Positions 1 to 8,284 of a stretch of 64,000 nt of DNA are shown in pieces. Below the pieces are notes generated by a model. It searched no databases. It had not been told where the DNA came from and worked only from the letters and a program-made list of their open reading frames with translations. Positions within the stretch are counted from its first letter, which is position 1; each line of letters begins with the position of its first letter. The stretch lies in the IMG/VR virus record IMGVR_UViG_3300042922_000636; one strand, written 5' to 3'. The position numbers were made by a program, and so were the translations under genes. Source of the DNA: an uncultured virus (IMG/VR IMGVR_UViG_3300042922_000636). Lineage: Duplodnaviria > Heunggongvirae > Uroviricota > Caudoviricetes.

Positions 1-3
1 ATC

Positions 4-255
4 ATGGCCGCCGAGGAACGCGAACCCGGCGTGTGGATCATGGTCGACCCGCTCGGGCAGGAGTACGGGCGCATCGAGATCCGCCGCACCCCGGACGGCA
101 TCCGCTACCGCGCCGAAGCGCTCGGCGAGCTCATCGGCTGGGGCACCTCGCTCCGCCAAGCCTGCGGGCGCGTGCACGACGTGTTCCTCCGGTCGATGGC
201 ACCTCACCGGGCGGCGCGCCCGGAATGGCCGTCCACCGGTCAGCGTGCACCGTGA
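4..255 (+). CDS. Hypothetical protein, 5'-truncated copy of 37799..38071
   Basis: Identical to the C-terminal 83 aa of the 90-aa ORF at 37799. Confidence 0.75.
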   Translation: MAAEEREPGVWIMVDPLGQEYGRIEIRRTPDGIRYRAEALGELIGWGTSLRQACGRVHDVFLRSMAPHRAARPEWPSTGQRAP

Positions 256-324
256 GAATCCGGTAACGACTGGACTGGGTGTCCGAACGGCGGAGTAGTC
301 TCATCGTCTCCCGAAGATGGGAGC

Positions 325-356
325 GCCCCCGCAGCTGCGTCAACAGCTACGAGGGC
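325..356 (+). promoter_or_regulatory. 5'-UTR RNA hairpin upstream of tyrosine recombinase
   Basis: GCCCCCGCAGCTG-CGTCAA-CAGCTACGAGGGC; covaries with the copy at 38141-38172. Confidence 0.65.
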
Positions 357-387
357 TGACGACACCAAGTCTCAGTTGGAGATCGCC

Positions 388-1293
388 ATGCAGAACGATA
401 CTGCGCGCACGCCCGCGCCCGACACCACCCTCGCCGACATCGCAGCCTCCGGGTTTCTCGCCCGCTACCGCGGCGAAACCATCACCCTCTACTCCGGGGA
501 CCTTCGCATCTTCTACGCCTGGTGCCGACGCCAGGACATCGACCCCCTGCAAGTCATGCGGTACCACCTCGAAGAGTTCCGCCGACACCTCGAAGACGAC
601 CGCGGCAACAGTCCTAGATCCGTCCGCCGGCGCCTGCAGACCCTCCGGACCTTCTACCGCCTCGCTGTCGCCGACGAGTACATCGACCGCGACCCCACCG
701 TCATGCTCCGCCTGCCCGAGAACCGGGCCATGAAGGAACCGCTCTGGCTCGACCGGTTCCAGGTCGGCACACTCCTCCGCGCAGCAGAGGCCGAGTCGCC
801 AGCGCATCACGCGTTGATCGCCCTGATGGTCATGCTCGGGCTCCGGGTGTCCGAGGCGTGCAACGTGCAGATCGAGGACTTCGCCGCCGACAAGCTCGGG
901 TACCGCGTCCTGCGCCTGATCGGGAAGGGCGGGAAGCCCGCAGCCATGCCCGTTCCGGTACCGCTGCTCCGCATCCTCGAGACTGCGCGCGGCGACCGCA
1001 CCTCGGGGCCGCTCATTCTTCGCCGCGACCGCCGTGCCCAGGACCGCAACGGCGCGTACGCGTGGGTGAAGATCCTCGCTCGCAAGGCTGGCCTGCCTGA
1101 GGACACCCACCCGCACTCTCTCCGGCACGCCGCCGTGACCGCAGTGATCGATTCGGGCGCCGATCTCCGCGAAGCACAGGAGTTCGCGCGGCACGCTGAC
1201 CCCGGTATGACGGTGCACTACTACCGCCGCGCCGGGAACCTCGACGCGCATGCAGCGCACGTCGCCGCGCGGGTATTCGCGTCGGCGGTCTAG
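388..1293 (+). CDS. Tyrosine recombinase (XerC/D-like)
   Basis: GLRVSE, GKGGK, HSLRH, RHAD and TVHYY catalytic motifs; GGAG RBS before ATG 388. Confidence 0.93.
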   Translation: MQNDTARTPAPDTTLADIAASGFLARYRGETITLYSGDLRIFYAWCRRQDIDPLQVMRYHLEEFRRHLEDDRGNSPRSVRRRLQTLRTFYRLAVADEYIDRDPTVMLRLPENRAMKEPLWLDRFQVGTLLRAAEAESPAHHALIALMVMLGLRVSEACNVQIEDFAADKLGYRVLRLIGKGGKPAAMPVPVPLLRILETARGDRTSGPLILRRDRRAQDRNGAYAWVKILARKAGLPEDTHPHSLRHAAVTAVIDSGADLREAQEFARHADPGMTVHYYRRAGNLDAHAAHVAARVFASAV

Positions 1294-1409
1294 ACGTCAA
1301 TCACGACTACGTCGCAGCCGCCGCACCACAGCCCATGACCGGCGGGACGCAGCACGGTCCCGCAGGTCGTGCAGCGTGGCTGCTGAACGTCGTCGAGGGG
1401 ATCAACCAT
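1290..1409 (-). CDS. 39-aa zinc-ribbon microprotein
   Basis: MVDPLDDVQQPRCTTCGTVLRPAGHGLWCGGCDVVVIDV with two CxxC; TACCCT-N6-ATG leaderless -10. Confidence 0.5.
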   Translation of the reverse strand: MVDPLDDVQQPRCTTCGTVLRPAGHGLWCGGCDVVVIDV

Positions 1410-1428
1410 CTCCGCAGGGTAGCCGCGA

Positions 1429-1450
1429 TGTCGGTGCCACACCGGAGACT
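1429..1450 (+). promoter_or_regulatory. PafBC/RecA-NDp-like leaderless promoter
   Basis: TGTCGG-N10-GAGACT-N6-ATG. Confidence 0.55.
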
Positions 1451-1456
1451 GTTCAC

Positions 1457-1693
1457 ATGCTCTCGACCGCCGACCTCCTCGCATTCGAGGACAGATGGGG
1501 CCAGCGGCACACGGGCGACAAGGAGGAAGCGATCCGCCGCGAGCTCGGCGAGACCCCGGCGAGGTATTACCAGCTGCTCGGCCGAGCGATTGACGACCCT
1601 GCAGCGCTGGCCGCTGACCCGCCGCTCGTGCACCGGCTGCAGCGTATCCGCGACGTGCGACGGGCGCAGCGCTCGGCCCGCCGCGCGGCCTGA
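1457..1693 (+). CDS. DUF3263-family protein
   Basis: LLAFEDRW...KEEAIRRELG..PARYYQLL...PLVHRL signature. Confidence 0.85.
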   Translation: MLSTADLLAFEDRWGQRHTGDKEEAIRRELGETPARYYQLLGRAIDDPAALAADPPLVHRLQRIRDVRRAQRSARRAA

Positions 1694-1709
1694 TCGCTAC
1701 ACTGCCCCC

Positions 1710-1985
1710 ATGAGCATCAGTGCGGAGCAGAAGCGGAAGATCGTCGAGTCGGAGATCACTCGCGCCGTGTCGAAGGGGGCTCGCGTCGAGCTCCAGACGG
1801 AGGAGTCCGCGGTCGTCGTTTTCGGGCACCGCGTGAACCACGTCCTTCACCTCATCCTCACGCTCGTCACCGCAGGCCTTTGGGCGATCGTCTGGATCAT
1901 CGGAGCGATCGCCGGCGGAGAGCGTCGTCAGACCCTGACGGTCAGCGACTCCGGCAAGCCGACATGGAGCAACCCGCGTCGCTGA
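1710..1985 (+). CDS. Small membrane protein (moron)
   Basis: NHVLHLILTLVTAGLWAIVWII hydrophobic hairpin; TACACT-N6-ATG leaderless promoter. Confidence 0.75.
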   Translation: MSISAEQKRKIVESEITRAVSKGARVELQTEESAVVVFGHRVNHVLHLILTLVTAGLWAIVWIIGAIAGGERRQTLTVSDSGKPTWSNPRR

Positions 1986-1992
1986 AGGCCGA

Positions 1993-2029
1993 AACGCCCC
2001 CACCGCGAGTCGTCAGCGGTGGGGGCGTT
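1993..2029. terminator. Intrinsic terminator hairpin, probably bidirectional
   Basis: AACGCCCCCACCGC / GCGGTGGGGGCGTT 14-bp stem. Confidence 0.75.
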
Positions 2030-2164
2030 GTTCGTTGTCGGGGACGTCGTCGTCCAGGTGTTGCGGGAGGTGCAAGCTTGCCGTTTTGGTCTACGCCCAG
2101 ACGTCGTTGTCTGGGCGGGTCATCTTCTGGCTGCCACCTCGCCCCACCGGCCTGGGCTCACTGA

Positions 2165-2182
2165 GTTATCCATATGGATAAC
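2165..2182. promoter_or_regulatory. Phage A repressor operator, distal copy
   Basis: Perfect palindrome GTTATCC-ATAT-GGATAAC matching the operators at 4086-4171. Confidence 0.75.
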
Positions 2183-2292
2183 GATAGGGGGAGGATGGGC
2201 GGAATGCAAGCGCATCGCGCCGGGTCCGTCCCGGTAGGCTCGGAACCCTATGTCCCAGTTATCAATAGGCATCGTCCAATGGGTGTGTCTAA

Positions 2293-3723
2293 CTACGGTG
2301 TGAGTGGCGAATCGACGCTGATTCTCGGACTCGCGCCGGCGGGGTGAATTCGGATGCGATCTACCAGCAGTCGTAACGACTCACGCTTCCGTTCGACGGG
2401 GATGTCTTGCCACCGCGACGCTAGGTCGCCGACGAAGGCGACGGGTCGCACGGTGGCCTGTGCGGCGACCCGGTTCAACTCGGCGGTCAGAGCCGCGCGC
2501 TCCGCCTCGAGCTTGACCCGCACGCGCTGGTAGGCGTCGTGCGGGATGGAATCGTCGAGGTACTTCAGCGTGGCGGCGTCAAGGCGTTCGTTCGCTGCGG
2601 CGAGGCGCCGGGCAATGAGCTTCGCCGGGTCCTCGACCAACTGCGGACGGCGGGGCGCTCGCTTCGCTGCTTCGTCCAGGTCGGTGCGGATCCTGGCGAG
2701 CCATTCAATGACGCCCGCCTCGATGACGTGCTCGGCGAGGGAGGCGCTGCCGTGAGACTCATAGTGCGCCGAGCGGACGCACATGTATCGCCGCACGCCG
2801 TGGTCCGTCCGGCCAGACATGGGGCCACCGCAGTGGCAGACGAGTAGGCCGGAATAGGCGTAGGGGGAGCGCTCTGCGCGCGGGCGCCGCCGGCGAGCTT
2901 CACGGGCGTGGGTGAACCGAGCCCAATCGTCCGGGGTGATGACCGGCGGGTGGGTACCCGGGTGGAGCTCCTTTCGGAACAGGATGAAGCCAGCGCCGAA
3001 ACCGGAGTCGAGGACGCGGAGCACCGCGGGGGTGTTCCAGCGAGTGTGTGGTGGGTAGACGCCGTTCTCGTCGGGGGTGGCGTCGGGGTCGCTCAGTCGC
3101 GTCGATAGGTTCTGCGCGGACTCGCCCGCCGCGTAGGAGCGGTACATGTCGGCAAGGATGGGCCCCTCGACCGGGTCGATCTCGTATCCAGTCGACCTCG
3201 AGTACGTGTAGCCGTAGTGCCGTTGCCCGTTCGGTGTGAGACCGAGGCGGACGCGCCGCTCCTGCGTCTCCTTCCACGTCGCCCCGATGGACTCCGCCAT
3301 GAAGGCGGCGTGCTCGGCCATCATGCCGCGGCCGAAGCGCCCGGCTGGCGATCGGTCGTTCGGCTCGGTGGCCGACTCGATGTAGCCCCCAGCGCTCTCG
3401 ATCCTGTCGGAGGCGATCGCCCACTTCAGCCTGTTGCGGGCGGTGCGGTCGATGCGCCAGACGAGCAGGACGTCAGCGTTGCGGGACTCGATCTGCTCGA
3501 TGCCGCGGTCGAGGCGCGGCCACCAGGCCGAGGTCTTCCGAGACCCGGACTCGTCGATGCCCTCGATCCACTCGATGACATCGATGTTCGATCGGTCGGC
3601 GTACTGCTGGATGGCGTAGCGCTGGTTCTCGGGGCTGATCATCCCCTCGCGCTCCTTGGAGACGCGGATCATCGCGACGCCGCGGCGGCGTGCGGGCCGC
3701 GGTGTGGCTGTCAGGTGATTCAC
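2293..3723 (-). CDS. Large serine integrase
   Basis: N-terminal IRVS and WRIDRTAR resolvase motifs, recombinase domain, CHCG..C zinc ribbon and coiled coil; AGGAG RBS. Confidence 0.95.
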   Translation of the reverse strand: MNHLTATPRPARRRGVAMIRVSKEREGMISPENQRYAIQQYADRSNIDVIEWIEGIDESGSRKTSAWWPRLDRGIEQIESRNADVLLVWRIDRTARNRLKWAIASDRIESAGGYIESATEPNDRSPAGRFGRGMMAEHAAFMAESIGATWKETQERRVRLGLTPNGQRHYGYTYSRSTGYEIDPVEGPILADMYRSYAAGESAQNLSTRLSDPDATPDENGVYPPHTRWNTPAVLRVLDSGFGAGFILFRKELHPGTHPPVITPDDWARFTHAREARRRRPRAERSPYAYSGLLVCHCGGPMSGRTDHGVRRYMCVRSAHYESHGSASLAEHVIEAGVIEWLARIRTDLDEAAKRAPRRPQLVEDPAKLIARRLAAANERLDAATLKYLDDSIPHDAYQRVRVKLEAERAALTAELNRVAAQATVRPVAFVGDLASRWQDIPVERKRESLRLLVDRIRIHPAGASPRISVDSPLTP

Positions 3724-3732
3724 GATTGCTCC

Positions 3733-3754
3733 TGTCGGACGTCTCGCATACCGT
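3733..3754 (+). promoter_or_regulatory. PafBC/RecA-NDp-type DNA-damage promoter
   Basis: Exact TGTCGG-N10-TACCGT (TA-N3-T). Confidence 0.65.
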
Positions 3755-3769
3755 CGAACATAGGTTCGA
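3754..3769. promoter_or_regulatory. LexA (SOS) box
   Basis: TCGAAC-ATAG-GTTCGA, exact match to the actinobacterial consensus TCGAAC-N4-GTTCGA. Confidence 0.8.
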
Positions 3770-3785
3770 ATAAAGGGGAAATCTA

Positions 3786-3911
3786 GTGTGCGAGTACGAC
3801 ACTGTCGCTCAGGTCAACGAGGAGGCGCGGAGGTGTGGAGTGCCGCCCTCAGCCATCTACTCCCGCATCGTCCAGGACGGTACGTGCCTCGATGTCGAGC
3901 GCGTCGCATAG
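3786..3911 (+). CDS. Putative SOS-inducible 41-aa protein
   Basis: GTG start after AAGGGGAA; MCEYDTVAQVNEEARRCGVPPSAIYSRIVQDGTCLDVERVA. Too short to appear in the ORF track. Confidence 0.5.
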   Translation: MCEYDTVAQVNEEARRCGVPPSAIYSRIVQDGTCLDVERVA

Positions 3912-4094
3912 CAGGCGCAGGTACATGAGGTTGATGTGACGCTCGCCGGCGAGTAGTCGCACGACCGTCGCTCGTCCGAGTCCCGTCTCGGCGGCGAGGC
4001 CATCGAAGCTGATGCCTTTCCGCTTCTTGGCTTCGGTCAGGATGCGGGCAACGGCCCGTGTGTAGTCGTCTACAGGCGCTTTATCGTTATCCAC
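3849..4094 (-). CDS. XRE-family HTH immunity repressor (A)
   Basis: ISFDGLAAETGLGRATVVRLLAGER HTH; divergent from the Cro-like gene. Confidence 0.85.
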   Translation of the reverse strand: MDNDKAPVDDYTRAVARILTEAKKRKGISFDGLAAETGLGRATVVRLLAGERHINLMYLRLLCDALDIEARTVLDDAGVDG

Positions 4095-4171
4095 CCGGAT
4101 AACTTTACGGGATCACAGATCGGAGGTTGTGATCCAAACGGATAACAGCTAACGTGCTCCGTATGGATAAC
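4086..4171. promoter_or_regulatory. Three operators of the phage A genetic switch
   Basis: GTTATCC-N4-GGATAAC (4086), GTGATCC-N4-GGATAAC (4129), GTGCTCC-N4-GGATAAC (4154). Confidence 0.8.
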
Positions 4172-4399
4172 GCACCCTTCGACCACAGAGTGGCGGAGCT
4201 CGTCGAGAAGGCGATCAAGGACTCGGGAGAGTCCGTGAACGCCATCGCGAAGGCCGCCGCCGTGCCGTACGCGACGCTCGACCGGAAGCTCAAAGGAGCG
4301 ACCCCGTTCAACGTCTCCGAGCTCAACAGACTCGCGAGAGCGACGGGCAAGACCGCTAGCGAATTCCTGCCGGCGGACGACCCCAAGGCGGTGGCGTGA
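4163..4399 (+). CDS. Cro-like HTH regulator
   Basis: SVNAIAKAAAVPYATLDRKLKG HTH; first gene of the lytic operon; TAACGT -10, leaderless. Confidence 0.85.
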   Translation: MDNAPFDHRVAELVEKAIKDSGESVNAIAKAAAVPYATLDRKLKGATPFNVSELNRLARATGKTASEFLPADDPKAVA

Positions 4400-4530
4400 T
4401 GTCGCCCCGCGAGCGGCTCATGGCAGCCGCCATCATCATCCGCGACGCCGTCGAGGAGCAGGACGCGATCTCTGCGACATCCGGCGCCCGGGAAGACTCC
4501 GCCGAGCACTTCGCGGAGCGCGCGGCATGA
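4399..4530 (+). CDS. Hypothetical 43-aa protein
   Basis: Start and stop overlap both neighbours. Confidence 0.55.
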   Translation: MSPRERLMAAAIIIRDAVEEQDAISATSGAREDSAEHFAERAA

Positions 4531-5279
4531 GCGCGCTCGAGCGGTTCGACTTCGGCACGCACGGCGTCCGCGTCGTCATGATCGACGGCGAACCATGGTT
4601 CGTCGCGGTCGACGTCGCCGCCGTGCTCGGCTACTCCGCCACTTCCGCGATGACGCGGACCCTCGACTCCGACGAGAAGGGTGTGCGGAATCTGCACACC
4701 CCTGGGGGGCAGCAGGAGATGGTCGTCATCTCCGAGCCCGGCCTCTTCTCCGCCATCATGCGCTCGCGGATTCCGGAAGCCCGCGACTTCAAGCGCTGGG
4801 TGACGCACGACGTCCTGCCCGCGGTCCGCCGCACCGGCGTCTACGCCGCGCCCGAGACACCCGAGATGCTGATGGCGCGGGCGCTCATCCAGGCGCAGGA
4901 CATCGTCGAACGCCGCGACACCCAGATTCGCGAACTCACCCCCCGCGCTGAAGCGTGGGACGAGATGGCGTCGGCGGAGGGTGACTACTCGGTGGGCGAC
5001 GCTTCGAAGGTCCTGGTCCGCGCTGGCGTCCCGACCGGTCCGCAGCGGCTGTTCGAGCAGCTCGCGAGCCTCGGCTGGGTCTTCCGCGGACACGATCGCC
5101 GGTGGCGCGCGTACGCGTCGGCCGTCGACTCCGGCTACCTCACCGAGAAGCTCAGCCCGCCCAGACGCGATCGCGTCACGGACGAACTGATCGCGGTTCC
5201 GCCGCAGGTGCGTGTCACCGCGAAGGGCCTTGAGCGACTCCGCGTCCGCCTCGGCGTCCTGAAGGCGGTGTCGGCATGA
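4527..5279 (+). CDS. Phage antirepressor (BRO-N + KilAC/ANT)
   Basis: DGEPWFVAVDVAAVLGY, FKRWVTHDVLP and C-terminal VTAKG motifs. Confidence 0.9.
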   Translation: MSALERFDFGTHGVRVVMIDGEPWFVAVDVAAVLGYSATSAMTRTLDSDEKGVRNLHTPGGQQEMVVISEPGLFSAIMRSRIPEARDFKRWVTHDVLPAVRRTGVYAAPETPEMLMARALIQAQDIVERRDTQIRELTPRAEAWDEMASAEGDYSVGDASKVLVRAGVPTGPQRLFEQLASLGWVFRGHDRRWRAYASAVDSGYLTEKLSPPRRDRVTDELIAVPPQVRVTAKGLERLRVRLGVLKAVSA

Positions 5280-5533
5280 GCGCCTTGCTGCGCTGGCTCG
5301 CGTTCCTGATCTTCGCGATCTGCTGCGCCGTCTCCTGGGACGGCACCCGCTCCTGGGTGCTCGTCCTTCTGATGACCGCGTCGATCCTCGTGTTCTTCGG
5401 CACGTACGGCGCCTTCCGAAAGTCGACCTGGATCGGCACTCCCGAAGACGACGCCACGTACTGCGAACTCGACGCGCAGATCCGCGCTCACGAGACGTGG
5501 CGGGAGGAACGGCTCCGCCGCGTCATCACCTGA
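5276..5533 (+). CDS. Small membrane protein
   Basis: Two hydrophobic segments; ATGA coupling. Confidence 0.65.
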   Translation: MSALLRWLAFLIFAICCAVSWDGTRSWVLVLLMTASILVFFGTYGAFRKSTWIGTPEDDATYCELDAQIRAHETWREERLRRVIT

Positions 5534-5571
5534 CCACCCATTCATCCGTCGAACGAAGGGCACACATCGAC

Positions 5572-5868
5572 ATGACGGACCCGAAACTCCTCGACGCCGT
5601 CGAGGAACTGCTGGAACTCACTCACGGCGGTGAGGTGGAGATCACCTCCACCACCCTTTACGGCACCCCCGCTCTGCACATGCACGTGGAGACCAACTGC
5701 AACGACCTCACCGCCGTCGAAGCCGTGGACCTCGCTCAGCGGCTCCTCCGCGGCGTCGACGCGATCGGCTGGCCGGACCAGCCCGACCCCGTCGAAGCAC
5801 CCGCACCCGTCGTCGTCACCCGGGTCCTCCCGTCCGACGACCTGATCTTCGTGGGGATGCCCAGATGA
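5572..5868 (+). CDS. Hypothetical protein
   Basis: RBS, GC-rich third positions, operon position. Confidence 0.65.
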   Translation: MTDPKLLDAVEELLELTHGGEVEITSTTLYGTPALHMHVETNCNDLTAVEAVDLAQRLLRGVDAIGWPDQPDPVEAPAPVVVTRVLPSDDLIFVGMPR

Positions 5869-5972
5869 ACGTCCTCCTGTACATCCCCGCACCCTGGGTG
5901 CCCTGGATCGCAGTCGCCGTGATCATCCTCCTGACGGTCGCGATCGTCGGCATCAGCCAGGTGGGCAAGTGA
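5865..5972 (+). CDS. 35-aa single-TM protein
   Basis: ATGA and GTGA overlaps; hydrophobic. Confidence 0.55.
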   Translation: MNVLLYIPAPWVPWIAVAVIILLTVAIVGISQVGK

Positions 5973-6916
5973 ACGCCCTGGTGATCGTCCCGGACGGCGC
6001 GCCCGAGGACGAATGGCAGGACGGCCGCGCCGGCGGGCCCACCGCCTCCAAGATCCACGACATCGCGTTCGGAAGCCGGAAGACCTGGCGCCGGATCCTC
6101 GACGAGATGCTGAACGGCTCCACGTTCAAGGGCAACGAGCACACCCGCCGCGGGCACGAGTGGGAACCCCGCATCATCGCGGAACTCTCCGACCTGCCCG
6201 GCGTCGTCACCGTGACCCCGTCCTCGGCGCTGTACGGCAACCTCGAGAACCCGAAGCATCGCGCCACCCCCGACGCCCTCGGCCTCGATGCCGGCGGCAC
6301 GCAGTTCGGCGTCGAGGTCAAGCACCACGCCTCCAACTGGACCAGCACGACGATCCCGGTCGCGCACATGGATCAGATGCTCTGGGGCATGCACGTCCTC
6401 GGACTCGACCTGTGGCTCTACGCCTGGGCCGTCGACGGCGAGGACGGCATACAGCACCGCTGGGTCGTCCGCGACGACGACCGCATCGCGTTCCTCGTCA
6501 AGCAGGCGAACACGTTCATCGAATGGCGTGCCGCCGGAGCCCCGGAACTCGACGACATCCCCGACGAGGTCGACGACGCGCTCACCGACTACGCCCGCGG
6601 CCTCGCGCTGACCAGCGAGGGCGACGCGCTCAAGAAGTCGGCCCGCAAGGTCATCGACGAGTACGCGACCACCGCGGCCGTCGAAGGCGAACCGCTCCGC
6701 GCCGGCGGATCCCGCGCCGCCCTGTTCTTCCAGCCGAAGACCGTGCAGGTCCTCGACGAGGACGCATGGGCCGCAGCGGAACCCGAGACGTACGCGGAAT
6801 TCGCGTCGATGCGCGAACGCGTGAAGGCGACCGAGATCGCGGCCGCACAGCTGTACACGAAGACGAAGACGACGGCACCCACGTTCCGCGTCACCAGGAA
6901 CGGAGAGACCGCATGA
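5969..6916 (+). CDS. YqaJ/lambda-exonuclease-like (RecE-like) protein
   Basis: RGHEWEP, ATPDAL, VEVK and QMLWGM PD-(D/E)xK motifs. Confidence 0.85.
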   Translation: MNALVIVPDGAPEDEWQDGRAGGPTASKIHDIAFGSRKTWRRILDEMLNGSTFKGNEHTRRGHEWEPRIIAELSDLPGVVTVTPSSALYGNLENPKHRATPDALGLDAGGTQFGVEVKHHASNWTSTTIPVAHMDQMLWGMHVLGLDLWLYAWAVDGEDGIQHRWVVRDDDRIAFLVKQANTFIEWRAAGAPELDDIPDEVDDALTDYARGLALTSEGDALKKSARKVIDEYATTAAVEGEPLRAGGSRAALFFQPKTVQVLDEDAWAAAEPETYAEFASMRERVKATEIAAAQLYTKTKTTAPTFRVTRNGETA

Positions 6917-7104
6917 CCGTCACCACCCCGCCCCGCAAGAAGTCCGCCGTCTGGGAGGTCGGCGACCCCGTGAACATCGGCCCGATGCGCTGGGTGATCC
7001 GCACGATCAACGGCGAGAACGTCGAGCTCGAGTCCATGAACCAGCCGAACGCGAGCATCTGGTGGACCACCACGCTGCTCAACCTGCCCCGGAAGGACGC
7101 GTGA
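6913..7104 (+). CDS. Hypothetical protein
   Basis: Coupled start/stop overlaps. Confidence 0.6.
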   Translation: MTVTTPPRKKSAVWEVGDPVNIGPMRWVIRTINGENVELESMNQPNASIWWTTTLLNLPRKDA

Positions 7105-7832
7105 TGACCGAGATCGCCACCGCCTACGCGGAATTGCCGCAGACCGCGCCGACCGAGGAGGACGTCGCCAAGACGATCGCGGAGTACGAGACCATCGCGA
7201 TCGGAACGGGCGCCCGCTGCGAGTTCGAGGCTCCCTCGTTCTCCGCTGACGGCGTGACGTGGACGAAGGCGTGGCTCGCTGAGCAGCCGCCGGTGGCCGC
7301 TATGGCTCGTGTGCGTCGTGACGGTGCGGAGTCCGAGGTGGTCGTGCTCTGGCGCGACGTCGTGCCCGCGGATGAGGAATGGCGGAAGCTCTGGGAGCGC
7401 CGCCCGTCCCCGCTGTTCGGTGCATACGCCCGCCGCGCGGTCATCCTGCACGCCTTCCGAGACGTCTTCGGTGAACGGCGCGAACCCGGCGACAACCCGC
7501 GGACGCTGGCGGTCGAGGAGCCGCCGAAGCGCGACTGGGACGCCGAACTCGAAGCGGCGACGTCGTCGGAGCACCTGATGCTCATCTGGGCCGAAGCCCG
7601 CAACCAGCGCGAGCGCACCGCACCCCGCGAAGTCATCTACGAGCGCCGGCTCGCCGAGCTCGAAGCGGCAGAGGCCGACGCCTGGGGCGCTCCGGGAGAA
7701 GCAGCCGCCGAGTCGCGGACGTCGACCGGCGCTCTGCGGCAGACCGTGGCTGATCGCACGCGCGGCATGCCGCGGGACTACCTGAAGCCCTCGTCGCCGA
7801 AGAAGCGGAACCGGAAGCGGGGTCGGCGATGA
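7104..7832 (+). CDS. Bet/RecT-like single-strand annealing protein, divergent
   Basis: DGVTWTKAWL..PP.AA..V.RDG...W..RP..LF...A....HAF resembles the Bet core; follows the exonuclease. Confidence 0.55.
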   Translation: MTEIATAYAELPQTAPTEEDVAKTIAEYETIAIGTGARCEFEAPSFSADGVTWTKAWLAEQPPVAAMARVRRDGAESEVVVLWRDVVPADEEWRKLWERRPSPLFGAYARRAVILHAFRDVFGERREPGDNPRTLAVEEPPKRDWDAELEAATSSEHLMLIWAEARNQRERTAPREVIYERRLAELEAAEADAWGAPGEAAAESRTSTGALRQTVADRTRGMPRDYLKPSSPKKRNRKRGRR

Positions 7833-8284
7833 TCCTCGTCGAGAACGAGCGCACCGGAGAGGTCCACGACCTCGACGAGGAATGGGCGCAGCTGCGAGCA
7901 CGTGCGGAGACGCTTCGCCCGCGACGCCCCGAGACACCGCTCGAGCTGGACCACCTGCTGCGGGACCTCGAAGACATGGGCTTCGCGATCGCGGACTTCC
8001 TCCGCGAGGTGAACGACGCACGCTACGACGCCGAGGTCGCGTACTCGAAGGCGCAGAACGCCGCCCTCGCACGGCACGCGGAGAAGGTTCGCGTCGTCGC
8101 CGTCGCACGGGCACTCGCCGAGATCGACGCCTCCGACGAGCATGCCGCGCTGCTGCACACGAAGGCCGTCTTTCACCACGCCGAGGACATCAACCGCGCT
8201 CTCGGGCGGAAGCACTTCGGCCTGATGAACACGAACAAGGGCATCCAGGGGATGACCACGAACTGGCACCGGAGGACACCATGA
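7829..8284 (+). CDS. Hypothetical coiled-coil protein
   Basis: Coupled ORF, helical composition. Confidence 0.7.
   Translation: MILVENERTGEVHDLDEEWAQLRARAETLRPRRPETPLELDHLLRDLEDMGFAIADFLREVNDARYDAEVAYSKAQNAALARHAEKVRVVAVARALAEIDASDEHAALLHTKAVFHHAEDINRALGRKHFGLMNTNKGIQGMTTNWHRRTP

Larger units (their letters stand above)
1..1294 (+). repeat. Direct repeat copy 1 (small ORF + tyrosine recombinase module)
   Basis: Same sequence at 37817-39110, constant offset 37816. First 278 nt identical by eye, scattered substitutions after. Confidence 0.97.

Noticed and set aside
2225..2292. Exact attP of the serine integrase
   Set aside because: Position is plausible but I could not identify a convincing inverted repeat or crossover core by eye.
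6013..6912. 363-aa ORF overlapping the exonuclease
   Set aside because: Arg-rich frame shadow; only the last 63 codons from ATG 6913 look real.
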